The notes beneath the pieces are model-generated. The model searched no databases and had not been told where the DNA came from. It saw only the letters and a list, made by a program, of their open reading frames with translations. A stretch of 48,536 bases of DNA, the filler included, from Sphacelaria rigidula (Eukaryota), in assembly GCA_964200075.2 (NCBI GenBank). It is 3 parts of 3 records of this genome, joined end to end, with 100 filler letters (N's around TTAATTAATTAA, not from the genome) between each part and the next. Parts side by side here need not be neighbours in the genome. Positions count along the whole stretch, not along the records: positions 32,429 to 48,536 come from CAXNAA020001485.1; 2 more parts are not named here. The stretch is one strand, 5' to 3'. The position numbers and the translations under genes were made by a program. Of this stretch, positions 47,143-48,536 are shown in pieces (the first letter of the stretch is position 1; the number at the start of each line of letters is the position of its first letter).

Positions 47143-48536
47143 CAAAGGGTATGACATATCTACCATAGGGTATGCACTTGTTTCGATACCGAATATCCTA
47201 TACAAAACCTCAGATGGAAAAAATAAACATTTTCCGGGCTATGACATAGTGATGAAGCGCTTTTGTAGTTAGAACATGACAATATAGACGGGGCATGGAC
47301 AACAGTTTGGCCGATGGGTGCGACCCACGACAGCCGCCAGCGCAGAAGTTGCAGTCAACGAGGGACCGCAAGAAGTGACGAGGAGCAACTGCGCTACGTT
47401 TGCAAACATCTGAGCAAGTGGAATCTCCTAATTTCATCCGGTGAGTGGCAAGGTCGGTGCCCCCAGCGGCAGGTGTACACTCTATAGATAGCAGTCGGCA
47501 CCCGTATGTTCCCTCCGAGAAGCGAGTGCATCCTAGTCCCTTTGATCAAAGGCCTGCAACGCCTGCGCCATCTCGTTCTGTATATAGTTGGCCGACGCGG
47601 TTCAAATTTTTGGGTCGATCGACCCATGCAGTGTGGAGAACGGCGTGTAATCTTGAAATTAACCCCTGCAGGATCTTGCGGTATCATCCACGACCCTGCC
47701 AAACGGTGAAACGAGACCTCATTTTCGCTAGTTTTCAGGCACGAGAAGTAAGCCCAATCGTCCCGCACTTTTGCGCTATTATTCTGCAGGCTTCATGTCC
47801 TTGTAGACTTCGTGTCGTGTATCGTCGCCGCCGCGCCCCGGTGGGGAATTGGTCCGAATTTCGCCACTAGGGTGGAGAGAGCGGGGTTTGATTCCCGATG
47901 CATTGGGTTTTTTCTTCGTAATGTATAATTTCCACCATGGAGAGCGTGAGAACGGGAGTAAACAAAAAAGTCGACTGGGTTTGTGTGACGTGAGTTGATG
48001 CGGTGCGGGAGTGCTGACCCAACCCGCGAGACCAAAATGAAAGGCACGTACCGGGGGAGAGATGGGTTGATCCCTTGAGACCACGGGCCCATCCCGAGAA
48101 AGGGGAGGGGTTCAAAGTTTGAGGAAAAAACAAACATTGTGCATGTGTGTTGTATCGCATACGATGTATTCTTGTATTGATGTAGTGTAGGGTACTGCAC
48201 TGTGCTGTACTCGTATACAGTAACAGACAATTATGAAAAACGAGGTTGTGTACTAAAATGAGGTTCGAGCCCAAAACAGTGCTGTCTTCACACTTTCGGC
48301 GATGGTGCCCGATGACGTTTTTGTCGGCCTGATGCCTCTCGATCGCGTAGATGACTTTTCAGCGTATTTTACCATTTCTGTGGGCTCACCGGGCTGAGCG
48401 AAGCCCTCATTTTCCCCGATATCCCCCCCCCCCCCCCTCAAAAGGACCCCCGAGGGATGCGTGGTCAATGGTCAAATGACTAAGGCAAGCAACAAATGAG
48501 TACGCCCCCCGATGGGGTTGGCGTCGCTTGGCGATG

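Noticed and set aside
47880-48130. SINE or ncRNA suggested by GGTTTGATTCCCG
   Set aside because: Imperfect B-box only; no second copy in the window and no supporting structure.

Overview
Eukaryotic, repeat-dominated DNA of roughly balanced GC content. The Gag/Pol fragments resemble, from memory, brown-algal (Phaeophyceae-type) retroelements; this is inference, not a database result. The window is not one locus. It is three contigs of almost identical size (1-16114, 16215-32328, 32429-48536) joined by artificial 44N-TTAATTAATTAA-44N linkers. Contents: decayed Ty3/Gypsy elements (6540-9880 +, 12060-15900 -, 22179-26608 - with chromodomain, plus fragments at 500-6440) and decayed Ty1/Copia elements (20060-22178 -, 39860-43530 +, 45708-47142 +). 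There are several non-autonomous TIR elements, three families of them with target-site duplications confirmed against reconstructable empty sites: a GACT-ended MITE with 4-bp TSD (two copies), a CAC..GTG element with 2-bp TSD, and a foldback with TTGA TSD. Also present: a small TTAGGG-containing MITE candidate, a nested-palindrome foldback repeat, minisatellites, a frameshifted XPG/PIN-type nuclease + Cys-rich ORF resembling an Academ(X) transposon protein (16223-18116), and one probable host exon (33241-34449 -). No intact RT, rRNA, tRNA or CRISPR array was seen. I found no convincing new multi-gene system; the novelty is at the level of transposon families and repeat architecture.
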